NCBI RefSeq assembly: GCF_021869535.1
Contig: NW_026262582.1
Coordinates: forward strand, 59,582,001 to 59,646,000
Source: Mytilus californianus
Taxonomy: Eukaryota
Reading direction: 5' to 3'
Length of the DNA: 64,000 bases
Position 1 is the first letter of the stretch; every line of letters begins with the position of its first letter. The notes beneath the pieces are model-generated. The model was given only the letters and a program-made list of their open reading frames with translations, had not been told where the DNA came from and ran no database searches. Made by a program: the position numbers and the translations under genes. Positions 39,490 to 51,990 of the stretch are shown here, one piece after another.

Positions 39490-41258
39490 AATTCAAGAAA
39501 TCATATTGACGATGACTGATAATCACTGTATTGTAGAAAGATAAAATATACTGATATAGAATATTAACGTATGAGCAACACAATGTGCATTATCTCATAA
39601 ATAATGTGTACATGTACCAGTATGCCCGGTTTGGGTATACAAAGCATGAAACTGGTGAAGTCATTAATTAATTTCTGTCATTATTATTATCATGATTATT
39701 ATTATTGTAATTCTTATCAGTATTAGAAGTACATGAAATAGTAGTAGTAGTAGTAGTAGCAGTAGTCTTGGTCGTTGTCGTATGAGTAGTAATTTATTGT
39801 ATTTCATAATCATTATTGTTATTAATTATAATTTGTAGTTGGTATCTATCATTATTATATCTTGTTGTTATTATTTTGACAATATTATGTTAATTACTGA
39901 AATAAAAAGTAATCCACTCGTGTGCCTATTACAAATGTACACGTAGACTTAATCTTTTTTTTTAACTTACACGTTGACTTGTGGTTTACTTATGAATGAT
40001 GTATGTATAATTTAACGAGTAACGAGTTAGGTTGATGATTTTCTTATAGTAGAGCGGCTAATATAGAAATTCTTCTGTTACGCCCATTTGACCTTCATTA
40101 AGTTTAACAACCGTGAAATTTTATAATTTTTATATCAATGCCATAATTGTTTACATTGAATTTTACGTCTTACTGGAGTAAACAAATCCGCTCTATTCCA
40201 AAGATATTGTGAAAATAAAAACATTACAATATTTGGAGGAAATCGCAAGAATATTAGAAACGTTCAAAATGTATTTCGGTAAATTTTGCCTGATAGACTG
40301 AAAAGAAACACACTTAACCTAAGCATACTCCCAATATTTTTTGAACTGTCATGATTAGAGTCATTATTTGGAAATTATGTATCATCATTTCTAAATCATG
40401 TTAGTTTTTATGTTTTAAATGTATATGAGGGCATAATCGGTCCCTACTAACGTAAATTCATTCATATGATGGCTTGACATTTAAAGTAATAAATCCATTA
40501 ACAATATACACCAAAAGTAGAAACATTCACGTACAAACTTTGGATGTAGTTGGTAATTTATAATGTGCAATTGTACAGCAAAAACACAGACAGTCGCATT
40601 CGTTGAAATGTAACCACATTTGAAACACTTTTATGCACTTAGGCCACAGCAAACTGATTAATAGTTTAATAATTCTGCCAAAAGCTCCAAAAAATATGGG
40701 GCGAGCGAGCGAAATGTTTTTGTTTTTTAGATATTTCTTGAAAATGAGTTTGTTTGAGGCGAGTGCTCTACAAGTGAAGCGAGCGGTATATATGTATAGT
40801 TTTTAAATTCTGTCATTTAGAATGTTATAATTGGGTTATTTCATAGAAAAACGAGGAGCAACAGATGCTCTAATGCATATAATTTGATTTATTGGTGCCT
40901 GTGCCATATCAGACTTTCTTGTCTCGCTGTGGTTTAGTTAATTTTGGTTATTTTCTTCAAGTAAGCTTTGTCTATGTGAATTTTCAATTAAATCAATATA
41001 TACATATATCTTGTGATCCGTTTATTTGGCAATCGCCAATGGCAGTCAGCAGGGTTTAAGAACATCCGTTGTTCGACCTGTTAGTCAAATGCGTTTTGTT
41101 TAAATATACTCTTTCACTTTTTTGGTCTTTTGGAAAATGTTGTTTGTGCTGTATTTAGACCCCTCTACCAAGAAATTTGTTTTGCATGCACACGTATAAA
41201 AATTGCGGTTTTTATCCAACGCAATCATAGGTTTGAACGTTGTTTTCAATTTAGACTA

Positions 41259-41262
<4 letters not shown>

Positions 41263-41294
<32 letters not shown>
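41263..41294. repeat. (TA)n microsatellite
   Basis: Direct reading. Confidence 0.95.
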
Positions 41295-41298
<4 letters not shown>

Positions 41299-41589
41299 GA
41301 AGCATAGCAGATGCAGTCTTACAAGAGGAAGTATGTAAGTTAAGTAAATGACACATGTTGAATAAAATTAAAATATGTGTATGTATCCAAAAAAATGCAC
41401 CCTGAAAGATATTTGATAGTTTTCATCATATGGTAATGGTTGTTTATTGTGTAGTTCAGTGTTTCGGTTGTTTCGTTGTTTTCCTCTTATAGTTGATTTG
41501 TTTCCCTCGGTTTTAGTTTGTTACTCGGATTTGTTTTTGCTTAATTGAATTATGACTATTTAACAGTGGTATACTACTGTTGCCTTTAT

Positions 41590-41915
41590 TTATTGGCTGC
41601 TTGATATCCAAATGGAACTATTTATGCATATATAGGTTCAAAATAATGAGTGAGGTGAATATTTCTTGCTTTGTACTAAAACAACATCCCGGGAAAGCTA
41701 GTTGTATTGCTATACATGTAGATACAAATGTATTAAAATATTTCTTAAAATACCTGTCAGCCCATTCACATGCATTTGTCTTATTGAGCTAAATACTCTT
41801 TCCCTTTGCTTCTAAAAGCTGTAATGCATTTAAAACTCTTTAGCTTGACTAGAAGTGGTTTGAACCAATTACACACCCCTAATTATTATGAGCATGCCAA
41901 TCACAATACGGCATC
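41590..41915 (-). mobile_element. Highly decayed tRNA-head SINE-like fragment
   Basis: Reverse complement loosely resembles a common bivalve SINE recalled from memory (tRNA-like head, then ...GGGAAAGAG...TAGTACAAAGC...). Confidence 0.3.
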
Positions 41916-44292
41916 ACCTTGGTCTCGTTGGAACTCTTTTAATCCCCCCAACATTAGAAGAGTTCTGCTTGCATGCCAAACAGACTAACAAGGGGATATG
42001 GGGTTTCATCAAAATCAAATACTTCTGCGATTTTTTAAAAAGTCCATGCGAATTTACAGTTCATGTTATCCAAAAGATAAAAAAGTCTATGCCTGTTGAA
42101 AGAAAGATCTAGGGTGACGATGGTTCTAACAATTATTGATGTGTTTGTGGTCATCTAACGAAAGATTTTTAATTGTTGCATCCTATAACAGGTCTTAAAA
42201 GGTAAAACGAGAAGCATTTTGGATAACTGTGTGTTCAATAACTACTTGTCCACGGCAATGAGCTGACACAACTGCAAGCTGGCATCCCGATTTTTACCTT
42301 TTATTTATAAATCGATTTATCACACGTGCGTTTAAAACGGTAGGAGCATTATATGCAACAGAAAAGCGTCTATGTGAAAAATGTTCAAGGAGAAACTAAT
42401 TTTGGAGCGGCATGCTGACCAAAAATTTGCGGAAGCGGTTATCTTTTTTTTTTTATTGATAAGTCAATTTCTTCACAACAGGAGCGGGAAAATCCAAAGA
42501 ACTATTAATCAAATTGGTGTGGACTTAGCATGTGTAAGTTGAGAAATTAAACACATTTAATTCTAGTTGGTTCTTGTAATTTATACAATATCGAAAACTA
42601 GTTTTAACCGGTAATGTCAGTTGCAACGTCTACATTGTATGGCATCTTTTTGATTCAAACTTGTCAACAGTTATACAATTATTACAAAACAGTCGTCCTA
42701 AAGATACAATTCGATATAAATCAAAAGCAAAACTAGCAATTGAATAAATGTAATAAGGCGTCTAACGTACAACAATTAACACACATGTTCAAGGAAGACT
42801 GATTATGGAAACATGTTGTGTGTGTATAACAAGTTTTTAATTACACACAACACTTCCAAATGAAGTACATATGCCTTACCGTTTGTCATAAACATACAAA
42901 AAGACAAAAATCGTTAGAAGTTGGTGTGGTGGATTATGCCTTTGTGATTGTAGGTATTTTTTTTTTTATTTTATTTAATTTTTTGATAATTATTTTATTG
43001 AACTCTTGTGTTACCCATTCAACATAAATTCAGTTTTCGTGTGTCATGTATGTTAGCTTTTGATTTGTTTTCTTTGCTTCGTTTACTCTTTCGTTAGTGT
43101 TTCATGGTTACTGTTTCAGTCGTTTTGTTTTTTATTTGGGGTTATTTTGGCATGCATAGCTATGTTAGTTTTGTATTGTTTTATACTTAATATGGCACAA
43201 TATGTTAAACTTATTATTGTTCCGGGTCAATAACTAATCAAACATCAATGACCAAAGTGTAATGACAAAAATAATATTTCATTGTTGAACTAAACTTTAT
43301 GCCTATTTCACAGGAATTTATTAAAATGTGGATAATAGTTTGTATCACAATGTTACAATTTTTGTAATTGATAAAAGGAAGGTGTTTTATCTTTTTTTAG
43401 CATGCATGCATTTCCGTTAGATATTTTCTGATCCTAATACATTAATGTGTGTCTAGAATTGATTAAAGCCAACAAGTGTGTACTTGAATTGATTTATGCC
43501 AACAAGAGTGTGTTTAAACAATAGTGTGACTGTCTATCAAAGGGTAATTATATTTATTACATTAAGTCAATTTTATTGGCATTTTAAATATGCATGTACC
43601 AGTCTTATTTAACAAATCAAATATTGTAACATAGAATTATGGGTTTTCCAGTTTATAACATACAAACGATTTAATAAAACTAAACTACAAATCATTCAAA
43701 ACATTTCCATTGCAATGTGTCGGGATTTGTAATGTTCCGTGTCAGCAGATTTTGTAAAAAATGCAAATACACTACAAGTCAATCGCAAGAAGTTTTGGAT
43801 AATTTCATATTTGAGAGTTCCAATTTTTGTTGTACCTTATAAATATCATTTTTATATTTTAATAGTTCACGGAAAGTTGACAATCGTTCGTCCTGACTTA
43901 TACTTAGATAGTACAATTGAAAAACTTACGCGTTTTTTGTTTGCAAATAAGTAATATATAAAAAAAATATGACTGAGCAGCAAATCTGTTCGTTGGATGA
44001 TGATATGTCTTCATTCATCATGCATGTACTCTGTTTAATTAGAAAAGGGAACTGTTGAATTTGATGTATGTTAAGATTTTTAATATGGAATGGATCACGT
44101 GTTAGCAATACAAACTATTATGACCATATTTGGTCTGTTTACTCCAACAACATATTCCTTCAATTCATTATTTTGGTCAATTTGTTTTAAATTTAGCACA
44201 AACGAGAAGTGCAAACAACTACAAAACTATTGATCGTGTATGTTTTGATTTCATAAAATCAGTACCTAGCTCGAATTAGTAAGAGCAATACG

Positions 44293-44457
44293 TATTCCTC
44301 TCTAACAACGTCTAAAGCAATTATGAAAAAAGGTATTCCTCTCTTACAATGTGTAAAGCGATTATGAAAAAAAGTATTGCTCTCGAACAAAGTCTAAAGC
44401 AATTATGAAAAAAAACATTCCTCTCTAACAACGTCTAAACAATTATGAAAAAAAAAA
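44293..44457 (+). repeat. ~41-bp minisatellite, 4 copies (TATTCCTCTCTAACAACGTCTAAAGCAATTATGAAAAAAGG)
   Basis: Unit starts at 44293 and 44334. Absent from the duplicate region near 53330. Confidence 0.9.
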
Positions 44458-44919
44458 ATCGAGACCATTTTTTGAAAAAAACATTAAACTTAAACAAATT
44501 CGGTCCCTCCTTTTACGATTTCTAAAGTAATCTTGATTGTGCATCGTTTAAAAGGATCGCAACTCATTGTTGTGTTTCTTTGTTGTTTTACTTTTATAAA
44601 TTCCTGGCATTCATTTTGTTTTTATTTTTAGCGTTATTAATTAAGGTGAATAAATAAAATAAAAAACGCAATATCAACTGTTTTAAAACGAATCAAAAGT
44701 TCAAAGTGTAACTTTAGGACAATGCTAAAGAATTTGATAAACAATAGTGAAATCGATATACAAATATTTCCGGCATCAAGCTGAATTGTATAACTGGCTA
44801 TGCTAGAGACTGGTTTTTAAATGTTTTGTTTACTATAACATGTATAATTGACTTATAATTTGCAAAATACACAAAAAGCACCTACAGCCATTGGATCGTG
44901 TAAACTTCCCAAAAAGAAA

Positions 44920-45290
44920 CGTGTATGGTGTAATGGTGTATATCATATGGTGCAAAGGTAGCAGGTGTATGGTGCTATGGTGTATGGTGTAAGGGGAATG
45001 GTTTAATGGTGTAACGTGCGATCGGGAATAGTGTGAATGAATGGTGTACGGCATTTAAAACTATGCAACTGATTTTTCATTTTATACATTAATTTACAAT
45101 ATTGTGATCAAGGTTCGTTTTTTAAAATAAATAAATAATTTTGTAGTCGCACGCTTTCTTTGAAATTAAATTGCATTATGATGTAATATGTAAGGTGTAT
45201 GGTGCAAAGGTGTAACGTGTATGGTGTAATGACAGAGGGTGTATGGTGTAATGGTGTATGGTTAGTGGTGTAATGGTGTATGGTGTTAGT
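44920..45290 (+). repeat. Two degenerate (TGGTGTA)n tracts within an insertion specific to duplication copy 1
   Basis: TGGTGTA/ATGGTGT repeats at 44925-45050 and 45190-45290. Not present after AAATACACAAAAGCACCT in copy 2 (53640). Confidence 0.8.
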
Positions 45291-46029
45291 GGGAGGTTAA
45301 CACCATCCAATTCAATGGCGGACAAGACATATATAGTAATAACATACACGTACACGTAATACAAGTTTACTTAAAAAAAGTATATAAGAAGATAGCAAAA
45401 GTAGTACAATGATTAAACTAAGAACAAAAACAAGTACACATAAGACAAAAAATAACTAAAAAGATACAAATAATATTTATTTCCTTAAAAGCGAAATTTA
45501 TATGTTTGGTCGGGTTTTTTTATTGGGGAAGGTGGTATGATTTGAAAAGAAGGCAATACAACAGATTTCCAATACATTAGTATCACATGTCATGCTTATC
45601 ATGCTTGTTTTACACGCAAGTCTAAAATGTAAACCAATGAGTTTTGTCAATGATATACTATATTGAGATCTAAATCAAGTATTTCTGTAATTTTCTAACT
45701 AATAAGAATGTTCAGTGTTAGTATGGCAAATGACTTCATCTAACATAGAATATGATTAGTTTAAATGCTTTGTGTAATTTTTGTCAGGTGCGTTTGGCTG
45801 ATGTTTAATATTATATCAACGTTGTCTGTGTTGAGCTATCTGCTTATTGATCTCGCTGTCTGTTATAATCAATAAATTGTAACTTCTCCTACAGAAATGA
45901 TTCATGATTAATGCACTAGTTAACGGCTACTATATAACAAGACCTTCTTTATGTTTTTGTCTAGATCTCTGAAAAGAACATTACTGAGGACGCAGATGGT
46001 TATCTGCACTTGATTTATTTAATTAAGAG

Positions 46030-46103
46030 AAACATGTCAACACCCGATACATATATGTCGTCAACTGGTGCAGACAATACTACCATGGTTTCAAATACAA
46101 CAG
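46030..46103 (+). CDS. S/T-rich stalk exon (NMSTPDTYMSSTGADNTTMVSNTT); acceptor uncertain (45965, 46028 or 46030)
   Basis: ACAACAG|GTAATC donor in phase 1, as at 16755. ACATATATG and terminal ACAACAG are shared with 16672-16755. Frame is open back to 45965. Confidence 0.5.
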
Positions 46104-46998
46104 GTAATCTTGAAAACAAAATATTGACCTTTCGGGTTTTCCTGTTGTTGAATTATATCGTTATTAAGGAATCATGATGGGTTTTTATTAGTATGCTAAT
46201 TAATACTTTGCAAAATTGTTCATGACGTCAATCAGACATTGTATATATAAGTCACATATATATGTATCACTATTTTGGATGTATGAGACCCTTAATTGTT
46301 GATGTAGTACATTTTAAATATATGACATCTTTGAAAATGAAAGTTCACACAATATAAAAATACAACACGCGTACGATCTTGAAATGTATTATATCTATGT
46401 ATAACAGTCGAGTATCTGTCATATTATTTTTTCACCCTTTATAACAATTATACCGATTAGTCTATATGTGGACATCACTGATTTCCATGAAAAGTGTGTT
46501 CAATTACAAATCTTTTCTGAAACTTCATAACGCAAGGGTAAATCGATAGTTGTAACAGTGTAACACACATTAGGATTAAATGACTTCAAAAGCTAGACAA
46601 TTCAGATTTGTGTCTTGCCATATGTATTCGTCGGAAACAAACCAGTTAGATCGTTTTTACTGTACGAAATATAAATGGCGAGGTTTTAAAACACGATATG
46701 TTTGGAAAAAACATAAAATTACCATTAATTTTTAGAGAGTTTCATTAATCATAGATAGAACTCATAGTATCCTAAGGTGTGCTCAACTGTCTCAACTTTT
46801 TGTTAATACTTGATTATGAAGTTTTAAAAGGACGTATGTATGTGAACATAATTTTAAGTTAATTTAAAAACAGATATATTTGTAGTCCCAAAGTCTTTAG
46901 AAATTGCACTTAAAGATTTTGCATTTCTGTCTAAGGTAGAAATATCGCATTAAATAATGCACAATCCTGAATTTCCAGTACCTATTTTATATTTTCAG

Positions 46999-47291
46999 AA
47001 GGATCACTTCTAGAAATATATGTTTATATGATCAGTGTATCAGCAGCTCTGCTGTTGGTTTTGCTAGCAACAGCTTCTGTAAGTTGTCTACGTAACACAA
47101 GAAAACGATTTGGTCGAGAATCTCAAATGTTTAGCAGAAAAAATAACCGAAAATCGGCTTCTGACAGACCAGTTAGTAACGCTATGGAACTAAAAAGAGT
47201 GTCGTGCATGTCTTCTGCAAGTGCAAGTCGAGATAAAGCATTATACAAAAATCAATATTGTGAACCGTTGGAAGCAACAAGTAGCGTGTGA
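46999..47291 (+). CDS. Terminal TM + tail exon (EGSLLEIYVYMISVSAALLLVLLATASVSCLRNTRKR...LYKNQYCEPLEATSSV*)
   Basis: TTTATATTTTCAG|AA acceptor, phase 1, open frame. TM is homologous to the 17269 exon. Confidence 0.8.
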
Positions 47292-47329
47292 ATTTCAAGA
47301 AATGAAATTGAAGATGACTGATCAGCACT

Positions 47330-47543
47330 ATGAGTAGTAATAGTAGTAGTAGTAGTAGTAGTAGTTGTTGTTGTAGTAGTAGTAATAGTAGTAGTAGTAG
47401 TAGTAGTGGTCGTAGTAATAGTAGTAGAAGTGGTAGTATAAGTAATCATAGTAGAAGTAGTAGAAGTAGTAGTAGTAGTAGTAGTCATAGAAGTAGTAGA
47501 AGTAGTAGTAGTAGTAGAAGTAGTAGTAGTAGTAGGAGTAGTA
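47330..47543 (+). repeat. Imperfect (AGT)n microsatellite just 3' of the stop codon
   Basis: Direct reading. It continues at 48961-49022 after an insertion, and a shorter tract sits at 39738-39766. Confidence 0.95.
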
Positions 47544-48960
47544 GAGATTTACTATAACTGTCAGACTCGTTGTCCAAGTACGAGTACGACTACAACTCAT
47601 ACAGGTAAGCTATAAGGGGTTATCACAAAAAAATGTTTACGCTAACTAATTTTGACGTTCTCAATCTGTGTGTGGTGATAGGACAAACCATTTATCAAAT
47701 TAATTGACTTTTTTTTACTGAAGGGTAGAAAGTGCGATTTTTGTTTAAGCTCGCTATCAGATATGTTCAGAATTTAAAAACGCAACACATATTTATGCTC
47801 CAGTTGTATGATAATTTTTACCGATTACATTAAAAAAAACTTTTTCAAGTTTAAAAAAATGGTCCTTTCATAAGTGACGAATTATATAAAAGGGGATTGG
47901 ATAATACTATTGTTCAGGTTTTTTTTTTTATCTATTTTTTTGTTTGGGGGCTGTTTGTTTCCACTGTGTATAGTCTTGGAAAAGACCAGTCTGAAAAATC
48001 GTGTGAACGACCTTCAAACTCGTGCGCACGACTTAAAAAGTCGTGCGCTTTTTCGTATAGAGGCATTCAAACTGTGTTTGAAAGTTATGCGCACGTGTTT
48101 GTAAGTCGTGATCACCCGTTTTTAAAAGTCGTTCTCACGAGTTTCGAAGTCGTGCTCACCAGTTTTAAAGTCGTGCACACGAGTTTCAAAGTCCTGCGCA
48201 TGATTTTTTGAACTGGCGCGTACCAGATTAAATCTCCGTCAAACGGAAATTTTTATATTTACATGGCACTTATGGGGCTCCGTAATAATGCAAATTCCTT
48301 CTCGCATTGATTTCGATGAACATTTCTCTGTCTAAGGTAATAACACATTTTATAAATAATTGGCAAGAATTGTACACGTGAGAGCACTTGCAATGCAAAG
48401 TTCTATATAATTTGTATTTCAAGAGACACATAGCTTTTAAAAATAGTTGATCAACACTGATTATCGAAGTGTCCGAGACACTCCTGATATACACCTTTTA
48501 TTTAAATTTTATAAAAATCTGGCAAGAATTGTACATACAGGCAAAGCAAATGTTAATTTATTTTTGGAATAGACATTATTTTTCATCAGCCATACACGAC
48601 ATACACCAGACAGCAGATAACTAGAAAGCCGGAACACAAAAAAGAGAAAGTGTAGGAAGCTCGACAGACTCATTGCAGAATACCGAGTCTCCGCTGAACA
48701 TGTTATTAGCGAATTGAAATGTTATAAAGTCATTGGAACTCGTTGGAGGCTTCCTCGACATATAAGTAAAGCCAGAGTTAAAGTTTGCGGTAGTCATTGT
48801 TTTGTCAGTCGCCGAAAACAACTTTTCAGTTGATACTATGATGATTAAAGTACAATGTTTACAATATTTTGTTATTTTGAGATCGCCTGCGTCATTTAAA
48901 CTGTCTTACTCTGACTAGTATTCGGACTCGGGTCAGAGTCCTATACTTATTGTAAATCTC
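47544..48960 (+). mobile_element. Internally deleted PIF/Harbinger-ISL2EU-type DNA transposon inserted in (AGT)n
   Basis: Terminal inverted repeats GAGATTTACTATAACT / rc GAGATTTACAATAAGT are flanked by TA on both sides. Contains a DDE_Tnp_4-like remnant and a ~21-bp AAGTCGTGCGCACGAG minisatellite (47995-48210). Confidence 0.75.
48621..48833 (+). pseudogene. Transposase C-terminal remnant (DDE_Tnp_4 / Harbinger-like)
   Basis: Manual translation (not in the ORF track): KRKCRKLDRLIAEYRVSAEHVISELKCYKVIGTRWRLPRHI..VKVC..RRKQLFS*. Matches the R-x-x-x-E-H-x-x-x-x-L-K motif carrying the catalytic Glu of Harbinger-type transposases. Confidence 0.7.
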
Positions 48961-48991
<31 letters not shown>

Positions 48992-50399
48992 TGTTGTTAC
49001 AGTAGAAGTAGCAGTAGTAGTAATGCAGGAAGTATTTTATTGTATCTTATAATCATTTTTGTTATTAATATATACATTGTTTGTAATTTGTTTATTTATA
49101 GAGTTTTTCATTGATGTCTATCATTCTTTTATACTTAATAAAAATAAATTTTAACTCATACTTTGACTTATAGTCTATTAATCAGTGATAAACGTATAAT
49201 TTAACGATTCATCCGCTAACATGATGATTTTCGTAAACTGCAGCAACTAATATAAAATTTCTGACTAAATAGATAATTTATTGATATGAGTACGACCCGC
49301 GAGTTTCATATATTCATTGGGTATCGTTGGTCTCTTGTTTACGCACGTTTGACCTTCATTAAGAATAACATTCACAGAAAGGTCTTAGAAACCCATGGAT
49401 TTTTATAATTTCTATATCAATGCCATAATTGTTAACACTGAATTTTGTGTGCTTCTGGAGTATCATTCCTCAAATCCGCTATATTCTAAAGATATGGTGA
49501 AAGTCAAAACATTACAATATTTGGATGGAGTAGCAAGAATATTAGAAACGGTCAAAATATCTTGCGGTAAATTTTGCCTGATTGACTGAAAAAAAAACAT
49601 GCTTAACTCAAGTATACTCTCAATTGTTTTCAACTGGTATGATAAAAGTCCTAATTTGGCTACTGATTTGACACAAATGAAAATTGTGTATTATAATTTC
49701 CAAATTATGCTAGTTTTATATTAACTGTATATGATGGCATAATCGGTCCCTACTAACGTACATTCACATGACAGCCTGACCTTTAAAGTAATAAATCAAT
49801 AATCAATATACACCTACAGTGGAAACACTCACGTACAAACATGTTCACTGAACTAGTACATAATGTTGTTTAGGGCAAACTGAAGCCCGCTCCAGGTGCG
49901 GGATTTTCTCGCTGTGTTGAAGACCCATCATTTTCGGTAGCCGAGGGTTACGATCCAGCCCCCTCCTCTCTACCCTTGGCCGATTAAGCCAACAATTGTG
50001 ATAATAATGTTGCGCCATCTATCGGTTGATAAAAGTCACGCCCATTCCGAATACATTATTCTTGACCAATGGTAGAACTTGGACTCTCTTCAGTGTGGAG
50101 GTGTAAAAACAGTAGCGTCTAGAGTTTACAAACTTCGTAAGCAGGAATCGAAAATATACGTTGACATTCCAACATTTGCGCAAGAAACATATTAAGGAAC
50201 TTCTATTAGTTGATTTAGAACATTTAATTTAATTTTGTTTTCTGTTGGGGGGGGTTAAAGACTTGTTGAACAATCAGCACGTATCAGCATTTTCTACATT
50301 AACACGTGATCATGTAAAGTGCCCTTTTTGATTGGATACAAGCCAGTTACGACTGCGCCAATGGAAAGCATTACCTCTTGGATCAGACATTCTCTCTTC

Positions 50400-50849
50400 A
50401 GGTTGCACTTCTGTCAATATAGACAATGCAATTTCCCATAAGGACTCCCTTTGCGGCTAAAACTGTGCCACTTTTACTATGATGTTTCGTAAAAAAATAT
50501 ATCCTAGAATGGAAAGTTAATATGCACTACTATTTTATTCAAAGGTCAAAACATAGGGCTGTGCGGCATGTTTTCAACATTTATATGCCCCGAACTTCTG
50601 GGAGCTTTAACTTATACTAAAATTCTGCACTACACCTACCTTCACTGCTGGTTTTCCTCAGAGTTCAATTTTCGCCGCTACCATGTGTTTTTATACTGGT
50701 AACATTTCCAAGTTATGTCTCTATGAGATGAAACATAGAGATCATATCTGGGAACCAGTACGTAAACAAAACAAAATATCTATGCATATTATATATCTCC
50801 CAAAAAGAGGTGTGGCTTGTGAAACAGCTGTATTTACAAAGTGCAACCT
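50400..50849. mobile_element. MITE with 11-bp TIR AGGTTGCACTT
   Basis: Begins AGGTTGCACTT and ends AAGTGCAACCT. A second copy lies at 51991-52248. Confidence 0.8.
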
Positions 50850-51990
50850 ATACTAACATTTACTTAAATAGAAAACTCTTGAATAACACTTTTTCTCACA
50901 CCTATACTTATTTATCAGAATTATAGCATTAAAGAAATCACTGCATATACTCAAACTCCCCTTTTACAGTACATTGTATACCCCCACCGCTGTTTCAATT
51001 TTTAAAAACTTTGAAAACAAGACTTTAATTATTGTCAGCTTACCCTATGTGCATGTTTTCTGACATGTAATGTCTAGAGAACCTGTTGGAACTTATTCTA
51101 GTAACAAATTGAAAGCATTTCAGAAAACTATAAATGTAAAGTTTAGTAGTTAATCATTCCAACATTCAAGATTATATAAAGTATCCAATTCTGCCTCTGT
51201 CTCCAGTCCACATCTTACTGTATGCCTATCTGTCAATAAAAGTTCACAATTTCTGCCTCAAATGGTCATTTTAGAAATCTTGTCACAACAATATCATTTC
51301 TAACCATATATCTAACATAATTTAGCTAATATATGGACTAGAAGTATTTAAACAAAGCCATATCTGCAAAAGTTGTATGTATGAAGTTACCAGTCTGATG
51401 TATGAATTCACTAAAAGTTTTATAGAACTGATTGCTAACATCTGTTTTTTGGCATAACTACCAAGCACTGTTATGTATTGTTTTCTATACAAAAGACCTT
51501 TAAAATAAAAAAAAATCATAGCATTTAAAGGTTAAATTATCTGTTTTATGGCCCCGGGGGTAGGCATTTGTCTCTGTTTTTTTGCCACTGGGGCCTAAAA
51601 TTTGTTAAATTATTCTGCTGTTTCTGTGAATATGGCATATTTAGTACATATTTAGGATAGAACCCACTATTGTTAGTTTTATTGAGGTATTTTTGTTTTT
51701 CAAGCCTGTATTTTTTTATGCCGTGATAACAAAAAAATCACATTCAGGTGTTACGGCTTACTTTTGGGTTATCGACAGGACAAAAACACCACAACAACAA
51801 TATTCATCAAGGACCCATGAGTTTCAATGACTGCGAAGAGTAAATATAAGCACTTCTAAACAATTTAAATTATATATATTATGAATTGATTTTGCTTTCA
51901 GGGCTTTAAGTAAACTATGCATACTGTAAACTGTGAATCTATGCTGATTCATTGGGTTAAATTCTATATGTTCTCTTATTTACCCACTAT

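Larger units (their letters stand above)
39730..46720 (+). repeat. Segmental duplication unit, copy 1 (copy 2 at ~48960-54530)
   Basis: Colinear blocks: 39740-40590 vs 48960-49845 plus 52400-52440; 42556-44880 vs 52440-53640; 45340-46720 vs 53660-54530. Confidence 0.9.

Noticed and set aside
41880-41915. tRNA gene
   Set aside because: Only a degenerate tRNA-like SINE head; no cloverleaf could be formed.
47252-47600. Poly-Ser/Thr/Tyr ORFs
   Set aside because: These are translations of the (AGT)n microsatellite.
47874-48211. ORFs of 76 and 104 aa
   Set aside because: They run through the ~21-bp minisatellite inside the transposon.
48621-48821. Minus-strand 66-aa ORF (MFSATDKT...)
   Set aside because: It is antisense to the transposase remnant on the + strand.
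47542-48962. Academ assignment from TAG...CTA termini
   Set aside because: The internal protein remnant is Harbinger/DDE_Tnp_4-like, and TAG is supplied by the surrounding microsatellite.
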